This document shows positions 20,206 through 28,105 of a DNA stretch of 64,000 nucleotides, piece after piece. Both the position numbers and the translations under genes were made by a program. The notes below the pieces were generated by a model. It was not told the DNA's origin and did no database searches. It was given only the letters and a program-made list of their open reading frames with translations. The stretch comes from Candidatus Parcubacteria bacterium (GTDB taxonomy: Bacteria > Patescibacteriota > Patescibacteriia > PEXW01). Location of the stretch: positions 13,459 through 77,458 of the forward strand of contig QZJU01000020.1 of NCBI GenBank assembly GCA_003597955.1. Reading direction: 5' to 3'. Numbering within the stretch: the stretch's first letter is position 1; every line of letters starts with the position of its first letter.

Positions 20206-20557
20206 GTTGGAGTTCGGTTAAGGCCTGGTTTAAATCCATCTCCGGCGGAACGCCGAAAATTTTGAATTTTGGCAGTTTTTTTAATTTCTGCAAAAAAGCC
20301 AGATTGGAAAATAAATCATAATCGTGCATGGTCACCCTGGGCGAGTTTTCGAATTGACCCAATGAATCAAAGACCTCGACTTTTCCCAAACCCTTGATCG
20401 TATCAATGATCAATAATTCTTTGGGCATTTCCCATTCGTCCAAAGGGTCCTTGATTAAAAACTGGTGTTGGGGAAATCTTCTTTGCAAAACCGGCAGAAG
20501 TTTTATGGGCAAACTGTCTTCCGGCAAATCCGGGTTGCCGAATATCCAAATTTCCAT
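20186..20557 (-). CDS. Hydrogenase maturation endopeptidase (HycI/HybD-like)
   Basis: 123 aa with IFGNPDLPEDS and HDYD motifs. It lies adjacent to the hydrogenase genes. Confidence 0.5.
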   Translation of the reverse strand: MEIWIFGNPDLPEDSLPIKLLPVLQRRFPQHQFLIKDPLDEWEMPKELLIIDTIKGLGKVEVFDSLGQFENSPRVTMHDYDLFSNLAFLQKLKKLPKFKIFGVPPEMDLNQALTELQLKLSAI

Positions 20558-20561
20558 AGGT

Positions 20562-21401
20562 TTATAAAGTTCGGTTGGCTAATTCAAGATGCTTGTGCGT
20601 GTAAAATTCCAGCCATTTTATGTTTTCCGGCTGCACTATTTCGCAAGCTTGGTACCAATGCAGGGTCACTAGATCCCCGGCTTTCAACTCGTCAAAAGTA
20701 TTGTCGGCCTCCAAACGCCGGTGCAGCGTAAAAGCTTCGGGTTCGGCCAAAACTAACTTTTGGTTTAGTAATTTCAGAGGCTTTCTTTTTAAAATTACTT
20801 TCGGCCCGTCAATCTTTTCCACCCTGCCCCAACTGACGCGGCAGGCGTCCATGCTTTCTAAAGTGTGCAGAACCTCAAGATGGCCCGTGCGCTTGTAGAC
20901 ATTAAAGACATGGAACGAGTGGTGCATACGGGCGCCCTGAGGTAATTTTTGGATTAGCTCATCAAAATTTTTCGGGTTGCTTTTCTTTTTCAATTCCAAA
21001 TTATCACGCAAGTGCTTATAAAAATCTTGGTTTGGCACGCTCTCCAAAAGCGAATTGCCCAACCAATAGGCTTCCACCACCCGATCATCAAAAGGATCGC
21101 GGATGTGGTTGGCCCTGGCAATCGAACGCAAATACGGAAAAAGTGTCTGGAATTTCTGCAAGATATGGGTGAGGCCCGCATCGGTCGTGCCTTCTTTAAG
21201 GTAGGCAAAAACTTCGCGGTTCGCTTCGGGTCCGCACATATGAAGCTTGTTTGGGCCAAATGCGTATTTCGCGCAACGCGCCACACCATCACGCCATGTC
21301 GGCATGACATGGGCCTGCCCAGTTTTCAAGTCAGGCTCACGCCCAGGGCTGGGTTTGGCTGACATTGACTTTGGAGAACTTGGATTTTCGATGGTTGACA
21401 A
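20562..21401 (-). CDS. Hypothetical protein (hydrogenase-neighbouring)
   Basis: 279 aa, unrecognised. The true start may be an internal Met, because the ORF overlaps the 3' end of the EamA gene by 65 nt. Confidence 0.4.
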   Translation of the reverse strand: MSTIENPSSPKSMSAKPSPGREPDLKTGQAHVMPTWRDGVARCAKYAFGPNKLHMCGPEANREVFAYLKEGTTDAGLTHILQKFQTLFPYLRSIARANHIRDPFDDRVVEAYWLGNSLLESVPNQDFYKHLRDNLELKKKSNPKNFDELIQKLPQGARMHHSFHVFNVYKRTGHLEVLHTLESMDACRVSWGRVEKIDGPKVILKRKPLKLLNQKLVLAEPEAFTLHRRLEADNTFDELKAGDLVTLHWYQACEIVQPENIKWLEFYTHKHLELANRTL

Positions 21402-22263
21402 TCAGCAAGATTATCCCGGCCGCAAATAATACTCCGCTCAAATTATTCAGATTGGTTAGGGGTGATTTTAAGAAAATCGTTGATAAGATCGTTGTCACAA
21501 ATGTCGCCGGCACCAACAAACTAGCCACTACCGAAGCGGGCGCATGTTTTAAGGCCGTGTACCATGTTAAAACATATGCCAAAAGCAGCATCGAGGGAAT
21601 CAGAGTCCAAAGCCATTGCTGGCCTGAAAGCCCGGCGACTAAACCGACATTCCCCTGCCAGGCAACGACCGCGAATAAAATTATTGAACCAAAAACCATC
21701 CGCGCCGAAGCCACGGCGACGCTGGAAACCTCCCGTAAAACTTTTTTGGCGATTATATTCTCCGCAGCCCAAAGCAGGGTCGCGGCTAAAATCATAATTT
21801 CGCCTTTGCCAAAATGAAAATTCTGAAAACCGCCCAGCAAGAAAGTGCCACCTAAAAATAAACCTAAAGCGCCGATTTGCAGCTTGGTTATTTTCTCCTT
21901 TAAAAACCAAACCGCCAAGATTGCCACCCAGATAAACAAGGTTTTATGGATAAAGCTGGCGGCCAAGGCTGAAGTCAAAGACAGGCCGGTAAAAAACAAG
22001 ATAAAAGGCGCACTCCCGCCGATTACGCCAACGGTTAAAAGTTTAAGCCAAGTTTTTCTGTTTAGGGATTTAAATTCTTTCATTTTGCCCAAAAAAAGCA
22101 CCAGGCCGATTAAGAAGACGGCGACAAGCGAATTTTTAAGGGTGGTAAAGACAACTGGATTTTTTACGGCCGTCACGCCGATTTTGGTGATGAAGTTTGC
22201 GATACCGGAAATCAAGGCGGTGGTTAAAGCCAGGCTCATGCCTAATTTTAAATTTTTATTCAT
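21337..22263 (-). CDS. EamA/DMT family transporter
   Basis: 10 TM helices in a duplicated EamA-like arrangement. 308 aa. Confidence 0.7.
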   Translation of the reverse strand: MNKNLKLGMSLALTTALISGIANFITKIGVTAVKNPVVFTTLKNSLVAVFLIGLVLFLGKMKEFKSLNRKTWLKLLTVGVIGGSAPFILFFTGLSLTSALAASFIHKTLFIWVAILAVWFLKEKITKLQIGALGLFLGGTFLLGGFQNFHFGKGEIMILAATLLWAAENIIAKKVLREVSSVAVASARMVFGSIILFAVVAWQGNVGLVAGLSGQQWLWTLIPSMLLLAYVLTWYTALKHAPASVVASLLVPATFVTTILSTIFLKSPLTNLNNLSGVLFAAGIILLIVNHRKSKFSKVNVSQTQPWA

Positions 22264-22291
22264 AATGCTGATATTTTAGCATAGACCTTGA

Positions 22292-22396
22292 CCCCGCACC
22301 ACTTTCCAAAATAAACTTTAAGTTTTTTGTAAGGCTATTTACCTAATAAACATATTAGTGATAAGTGTTGGCGTTTTGCTGGAAAGTGGTGCGGGG
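22292..22396. repeat. MITE-like element C (105 bp), homolog of element B
   Basis: TIR ccccgcaccactttccaaa / tttgctggaaagtggtgcgggg. The interior is near-identical to B. It sits in the divergent promoter region between the EamA and NUDIX genes. Confidence 0.75.
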
Positions 22397-22507
22397 TTGA
22401 CAAAAACCAAAAAATCCTTTAATATCATCAGCTAAGTCTGCTCAAAAATTCTTTTAAAATTTGAGCCTAATAAACCGATCATTACATAAACCACTGGAGG
22501 TTTTCGA

Positions 22508-23194
22508 ATGGATGTTGAGACAAAATGGGGTTTCCCAGTAGTCAATGCGGAAAACATTTTCCAATATTTGGAAAGTGTTAACATTAAGCCTTGGCCTCAA
22601 ATCGAGCCAACGGTCTCACTCGATGAATACCTAAAGCGAGACTTGACAGATGATCAAAAAGGCGAGCTCCGCTTCGCGCCCAAAGCAGAAGTAATGTTCT
22701 TAGAACAGCCGAATGGCCAACCTTACACGGCCTTTCGTTCCACCCAAAAACCTTGGGCCACGACCTTCTGCCTATTGCCCGGCGACCTAATCCCGATCGT
22801 GGCTGAATGGAAGCACGGCGCCGAATGCATCTCTTTGGCTCCGCCTTCAGGCTCGCTTGGCAAAGCAGACAATGGCTCCATGAAAAATTGCGCCAAACGG
22901 GAATTTGAAGAAGAAACCGGTATTGAGCTATCGGGGATTATTCCTTTAAGCCAGGCTGGGATCGCTGTCAACTGTCGAAGCTCCGGCCAGAGATTCTTCC
23001 CCCACCTTGGCATCGCAGCCACGCCAATTTCCCCAGGCCCAACTAAACTTGACCAAACCGAAAACATCAGCTTAGTTTTAATACCCCTGAAGGATTGGCT
23101 AATGCTGATTGAAGAGGGCGGAGTGGTTGAAAATTGCTCAATCTCAACGACCCTTATGGCTCTTCAGTACTTACAGCGCCTCGAGCTGAAGTAA
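22508..23194 (+). CDS. NUDIX hydrolase with an N-terminal extension
   Basis: Nudix box G...AKREFEEETGIEL. 228 aa. Confidence 0.6.
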   Translation: MDVETKWGFPVVNAENIFQYLESVNIKPWPQIEPTVSLDEYLKRDLTDDQKGELRFAPKAEVMFLEQPNGQPYTAFRSTQKPWATTFCLLPGDLIPIVAEWKHGAECISLAPPSGSLGKADNGSMKNCAKREFEEETGIELSGIIPLSQAGIAVNCRSSGQRFFPHLGIAATPISPGPTKLDQTENISLVLIPLKDWLMLIEEGGVVENCSISTTLMALQYLQRLELK

Positions 23195-23206
23195 TTGCTA
23201 TTTTTA

Positions 23207-23240
23207 AAAACCCTGTTCATGATACAGGGTTTTTTATTTT
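23207..23240 (+). terminator. Rho-independent terminator after the NUDIX gene
   Basis: Hairpin aaccctgt-tcatga-tacagggtt followed by a T6 run. Confidence 0.6.
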
Positions 23241-23863
23241 AACATCTTATAAACAATGGTGTTTAAATATTGATATGGAGCCCTTGAAAATTTTTCATTT
23301 AAATCAGTTGCCAGTGGGTTATTTTGAACATATTTAATGGCCATTTTCACAGATTCATCAGAATTTAAGATTTTAGCGTGAAATCGCGCTTGCCATGAAA
23401 AATTATCTATTTTATAAATAACCCTTAATTGTCTCACAAAATAGGATTTAATGCCGTGCATCAGGTCAGAAATTGTAAAAACCTTCGAGTTTATTAAATT
23501 GTCTAACCTGCTCTTCTGGAACCCAGCGCGGGCGGCTCTGCCCGCGCCTGGATGCAACAAAATTTTTCCAATCGCAGGCACAGCGGCCTGCGCTCGAGAC
23601 AAATTAATATTTGATAATTTCGTGGCCGCCCGCGCTGGGTTAGTTTTTAATGATCTTAGATCTTGCCAAACAATCAAATGAACATGATCCGGCATTATGC
23701 AATAAGCAATTAACAAGAATCCTTTTTTCATGCTAGTGCCAATAATAATTTTGCTCAATAAATCCGCATATTTATCATGAATAAAAAACGCTTTATCGCC
23801 TTTAATATTTGTGGTGATAAAGTAAGGAAATTCTCCCTGGTGGATTCGCCGTTGAGTCATCAA
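23234..23863 (-). mobile_element. REP-associated tyrosine transposase (RAYT; IS200/IS605 TnpA-like HUH enzyme) gene
   Basis: FPYFITTNIKGDKAFF, the HUH motif CIMPDHVHLIV, and a C-terminal SWQARFHAKILNSDESVKMAIKYVQNNPL that matches the RAYT WQ..YYEHII...NP signature. The ORF contains a 42-aa insertion that is GC-rich and flanked by inverted repeats. Confidence 0.72.
23520..23641. repeat. GC-rich palindromic insertion inside the RAYT ORF (17-bp perfect inverted repeats aacccagcgcgggcggc / gccgcccgcgctgggtt)
   Basis: Seen directly in the sequence. It keeps the reading frame and encodes NPARAATK...GAGRAARAGF. Confidence 0.7.
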
Positions 23864-23866
23864 TAA

Positions 23867-25213
23867 TCACTCCGTAAGTTTTTCGTCCAGATATTCCATT
23901 AAATCCCCTATTTCCACCCGGTCTTGTCCCATAGTGTCCCTATCCCTGACTGTAACTTTCTTGTCTTCCAGACTTTCAAAGTCCACGGTCACGCAATACG
24001 GCGTGCCGATTTCGTCTTGACGGCGGTAACGGCGGCCAATCGAGGAAATTTCATCATAAGCAGTCATAAAGTGCTTCTGCAGATTTTGATAGATCTCCAA
24101 AGCAGGCTTGCTTAACTGTTCTTTTTTGGACAAAGGCAGAACCGCCACTTTATATGGCGCCAAAGACTTGTGCAAGCGCAAAACAACTTCCACTTCTTTA
24201 TTACTTTCCGTCGTGGTTGTCCGGCCGCCTTTAATTTCTTCGTAAGCGTCCAGCAGGATTGCCAACATGGCTCGATCCACGCCGGCCGAAGGTTCGATGA
24301 CATATGGCACGAATTCCTGGTTATTTTCGTCTTTGTAAATAAAGTCGTGGGCTTTTAAATCAAAATCCGTACGGTTGGCAATGCCCATCAATTCCGCCCA
24401 GCCCTTTTCGCCGCCTTTGGCCGAGAAAGGAAAATTATATTCAATGTCCGTGGTGGCCTTGGAATAATGCGCCAATTCTGATTTGGGCTGTTTGTAAAGA
24501 CGCAAGTTCTCTTTTTTAATGCCCAGATCAATAAACCACTGATGACTTTCAACAACCCACTTTTCAAACCACCTTTCGTCATTTTTTGGTTCCACGAAGT
24601 ATTCAATTTCCATCTGCTCAAATTCCCGCGAGCGGAAAATGAAATTGCCGGGCGTGATTTCGTTGCGGAAAGCCTTGCCGATCTGGGCGATGCCAAAAGG
24701 CACTTTTAATCTGGTGGCTTGTCTGATATTTTCAAAATTTACAAAGATGTTTTGAGCGGTTTCGGGACGCAAATACGCCGTGGCCGAAGAATCTTCCACT
24801 GGACCGACAAAAGTCTTAAACATGGTATTAAAATCTTTTGCCTTCGTTATTTTCTCACTATGACAATACGGGCATTTCAAGGGCCCTGGTTCACTGCCGT
24901 CTAAATCGGCATCTTTAAATCTACGATTACAGTCTTTACACTCAATTAATTTATCCGAAAATCCCTGCACATGTCCACTTTTTTCCCACACTGTGGGATT
25001 GGTAATAATACTGGAATCCAAACCGACAATGTCATTCCTTTCCTGCACGAACCTTTGCCACCAGGACTTTTTTAAATTATTTTTGAGCTCCACGCCCAAA
25101 GGCCCAAAATCCCAAAAACCCTGCAAGCCGCCGTATTTTTCGGCGGATTGAAAAATAAAACCGCGCCTTTTGCACAAAGAAACCAACTTTTCCATTTTTG
25201 AATTCTGATTCAT
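23867..25213 (-). CDS. glyQS: Glycyl-tRNA synthetase (dimeric glyQS type)
   Basis: 448 aa with class II motifs and an insertion domain. It ends 3 nt upstream of the RAYT start. Confidence 0.9.
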   Translation of the reverse strand: MNQNSKMEKLVSLCKRRGFIFQSAEKYGGLQGFWDFGPLGVELKNNLKKSWWQRFVQERNDIVGLDSSIITNPTVWEKSGHVQGFSDKLIECKDCNRRFKDADLDGSEPGPLKCPYCHSEKITKAKDFNTMFKTFVGPVEDSSATAYLRPETAQNIFVNFENIRQATRLKVPFGIAQIGKAFRNEITPGNFIFRSREFEQMEIEYFVEPKNDERWFEKWVVESHQWFIDLGIKKENLRLYKQPKSELAHYSKATTDIEYNFPFSAKGGEKGWAELMGIANRTDFDLKAHDFIYKDENNQEFVPYVIEPSAGVDRAMLAILLDAYEEIKGGRTTTTESNKEVEVVLRLHKSLAPYKVAVLPLSKKEQLSKPALEIYQNLQKHFMTAYDEISSIGRRYRRQDEIGTPYCVTVDFESLEDKKVTVRDRDTMGQDRVEIGDLMEYLDEKLTE

Positions 25214-25302
25214 GGTGCTTTTAGCTTACGATTTTTTGCTCAAAAACACAAGAAAAAAGCGGACCTTAATTGATCCGCTTTTAAAAACTAAAGAACGCTT
25301 TA

Positions 25303-25376
25303 TGCGGGCAGGTGGAATTGCACCACCGACGTTCGGGTTAATAATCCCCGACATTCTACTCCTGAGTTATACCCGC
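25303..25376 (-). pseudogene. tRNA-like element (possible degenerate tRNA)
   Basis: It has a 7-bp acceptor stem GCGGGTA/TGCCCGC, a perfect T-arm GGTGG-TGCAATT-CCACC, and U8, A14, G15 and G18. The D-stem cannot pair canonically and the anticodon stem has a mismatch. The putative anticodon would be UAU. Confidence 0.25.
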
Positions 25377-25606
25377 AATTTTTATAGCCCCGGGCTGGAT
25401 TTGTCCCGCCATAGAGGCGGGATGCCGCCGACTTTTGTTGACTTCAATAGATGGCGGCAAACCAGCAACCTTCGGTAAATTCCTGCACATGCCCATTAAT
25501 ACTGAGGCTCCCTGCCTGTCGCCAGGCAGGTACCGACTAAGCTACCGGGGTGACTTTTTTGCGAATTTTCACCTTAGCATACGCGCCGTTTTCAAGTCAA
25601 AAAACT

Positions 25607-26800
25607 CTAAATCAACTTGATGGTATTGCTAAAAGTGCCGTGCGCTTTTTGGATGTCAAAAATCTCCAAACAAATGATCACCTGACGCAGGCCCGCAGTA
25701 ATCACGATTTTGTCGAAGTCCCGCATCTGGGAGGTGTCCCAGCTGTTCAAAATGGCGATATTGATTTCCAGCCTGCTTATGGTTTCTGAAAAATCAAAAT
25801 CGGTTTTGGGAAAGCGCCTTTTTCGGCTGACCGCGAACATCAGCTTTTCTAGTTCAATGCGCAAATCCCGCAATTGAAAACCGGCGTAAGTGGTTTTTAG
25901 AAGCGCATGCGCTTCGGCCACCTTGTTGGTTTTCAAAAACTCTGCCGCGTGTTTGAATTCGTCCGTCGAATACAAAAATGTCGGGCGGAAAGGCTGAATA
26001 TCAATGCCTTCAAAAACTCGCGCGTAAATTTCCAGCTGCTCCGCGACTCGAATACGGCGCAGAATCGAAACTTCATGCCAGTTGTCCAAAACTTGCTTCA
26101 AGTAATCCGCCGCGGCTTTGACTTGGAATTCTAAAATTTCTAAACACATTGAAACCACTCGTCGGCGCAAGGCCCAAACCGCATTTATGTCAACAGCATC
26201 AGCTTCCCGACGCATAGTTCTTTCTCTAATCGCCACCAGCCGTGCCAGCAAAGCCCCGTTGTTCACCCGCCCCAGACTGTCTTCGATATTACCGATGGCG
26301 GTAAACTGATTAAGAATTTCTTTTTTTAAACTATTGGTCGCGTTTGGGTTCACGTCCAATATAGCCTTTTCCACCATGCCCACGATGATCACGATTAATT
26401 CATCGACATTTCCTTTTCGCAAGCCTAAAAGCACGCCGTTTAAACGATGGCAGACTTCCAATACCTGGTTCAATCTGGGAATCTCGCCGCTTTCCTCCTG
26501 AAGGTAAAAGCTGTCGCCATGTTTTAGGGCCCGATTTAAAAAATACAAATCAGCAAAAACAATGTAACGCAAAACTTTTGCCACTCGCTTGCGATTGAAA
26601 AATCTCAAGTCTTTTTCAGTTGGTACATTTGACCAGCGCGGCACGGCTAAGCACCCCAACAGTCGTCTTTCCGGCGCCTGGGTTATGACATAAATTCGAC
26701 TTTTAAATAATGCCCGTGCCCTGACTGAATAGCAGACATCCCCTTCCCAAACGGCTAGATCTTCTTCTTGACTTCCACCAATTTTTTCCAAAACTGGCAT
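25607..26800 (-). CDS. Putative Pol-beta-superfamily nucleotidyltransferase with a long helical C-terminal domain (GlnE/GlnD-like architecture)
   Basis: N-terminal GGSQEEDLAVWEGDV fits the hG[GS]x9[DE]x[DE]h NTase motif. 397 aa. Confidence 0.35.
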   Translation of the reverse strand: MPVLEKIGGSQEEDLAVWEGDVCYSVRARALFKSRIYVITQAPERRLLGCLAVPRWSNVPTEKDLRFFNRKRVAKVLRYIVFADLYFLNRALKHGDSFYLQEESGEIPRLNQVLEVCHRLNGVLLGLRKGNVDELIVIIVGMVEKAILDVNPNATNSLKKEILNQFTAIGNIEDSLGRVNNGALLARLVAIRERTMRREADAVDINAVWALRRRVVSMCLEILEFQVKAAADYLKQVLDNWHEVSILRRIRVAEQLEIYARVFEGIDIQPFRPTFLYSTDEFKHAAEFLKTNKVAEAHALLKTTYAGFQLRDLRIELEKLMFAVSRKRRFPKTDFDFSETISRLEINIAILNSWDTSQMRDFDKIVITAGLRQVIICLEIFDIQKAHGTFSNTIKLI

Positions 26801-26956
26801 TTTACCTCCTGTTTCATTTCATTTTCAAATGGCAATTTTACTTTTCCCCTAACCCTAAATGCTTTTTTAGAAAAAGTCAACTCCGCCCTGCCGCTCGTGA
26901 CGGGTCAAGCCCCAAAAAGCCAGGGCTTACCTGGCTTTTATTTACTGTTTTGATTT

Positions 26957-27355
26957 TTACTCCGTTGTCACGCCGTCAAATTCTTCAGCATCGGCTTCGG
27001 CTTGGGCTTTGGTGGCGTGCCGAACCTTATCGCGATGGTGTGCCGGCGAATAAATCGTGTACATTTTCAAGGATTCGTTATTTGAACTGTTAATGACATT
27101 ATGCCGAGTTCCGGCCGGAATTATGACAGCCATTCCGTCACCGACTTCATGCTCAATTCCGGCAATCACGACTTTGCCCTGGCCAGCCTCAAAGCGGAAA
27201 AACTGATCGTTTTCTTCATGGACCTCTTCGCCGATCTCCTCCCTCGGCCTTAGGGCCATAAGCACTAATTGGCTGTGCGGGGCCGTGTAAAGCACCTGAC
27301 GAAAGTCTTCGTTGGCTAAGGTTAACTTTTCGATATTTTGTACAAAACCTTTCAT
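26957..27355 (-). CDS. Cupin domain protein
   Basis: 132 aa with a conserved cupin beta-barrel core (GIEHEVGDGMAVIIPAGTRH). Confidence 0.65.
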   Translation of the reverse strand: MKGFVQNIEKLTLANEDFRQVLYTAPHSQLVLMALRPREEIGEEVHEENDQFFRFEAGQGKVVIAGIEHEVGDGMAVIIPAGTRHNVINSSNNESLKMYTIYSPAHHRDKVRHATKAQAEADAEEFDGVTTE

Positions 27356-27516
27356 AAATTTAATAGTTTAAGAATGAAGCTTGCTTAGTATAGCAAACCC
27401 GTACTAAGTTTTGCGAGTTTTCGTAAAATCAGAACTGAAGCTTAGGTAAATGCGGCCGAATTGACAAATTCTGGTCGAGTGCTAGTCTGATCAGAAAATC
27501 AAAACCTAGGAGGCAA

Positions 27517-28092
27517 ATGGATAGACCTTTAATAATTCAACCCCGCGCCTTTAGTTTGGGGGGGCGAATGTATGAGTTGGGCGCAACTCCTCGTTATGAC
27601 TTTGATAGCGCTGTGCCAACGGCTCTGGTCTGCCGAAATCTGGCCGCGTGTATTTTTACTATCACTGAAGTTATTGCCAAAAATTCTGTGACACCCTATG
27701 TAAATATTGATTTTGAGGAAACCAATCCCCACATTACCCTGCTTTTGGATATTTCCCGATCTGAAGGCTGGTCATTTAATCTAGAAACCTTGGATCAGCA
27801 TTTCACAGTCGGGTGGCGGCCGAAAGATTTTCAAGAAATACAAAAACTAGATTGGCTGATCTTTGGAGGCACCCTGCCGGTGAGCCCAGAAAAATGCGAC
27901 CGATTTTTAAAACATTTCGCGTTTGCAAAGAAATTTTGTCTGACCATCGGCTATCCAGCACCAAATAACGCTGGCACCATGCTGCCCGCCCCAGATTTGG
28001 TCAAACCGATTTTGGCCGAAACCTACACCACATTAAAAACCGAGGCAATGCTCCCCTATGTAATTGCCATTCACCAAGCCGGTCAAAATTAA
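27517..28092 (+). CDS. Hypothetical protein
   Basis: 191 aa. An AGGAGG RBS precedes the ATG. No recognised domain. Confidence 0.4.
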   Translation: MDRPLIIQPRAFSLGGRMYELGATPRYDFDSAVPTALVCRNLAACIFTITEVIAKNSVTPYVNIDFEETNPHITLLLDISRSEGWSFNLETLDQHFTVGWRPKDFQEIQKLDWLIFGGTLPVSPEKCDRFLKHFAFAKKFCLTIGYPAPNNAGTMLPAPDLVKPILAETYTTLKTEAMLPYVIAIHQAGQN

Positions 28093-28105
28093 CCGGCTTT
28101 TTTAT

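Noticed and set aside
25214-25606. T-box riboswitch, RNase P RNA or tmRNA-like RNA upstream of glyQS
   Set aside because: I could not find the T-box consensus (AGGGUGGNACCGCG) or the RNase P conserved blocks. Only a tRNA-sized tRNA-like element is supportable, and it is reported separately at low confidence.
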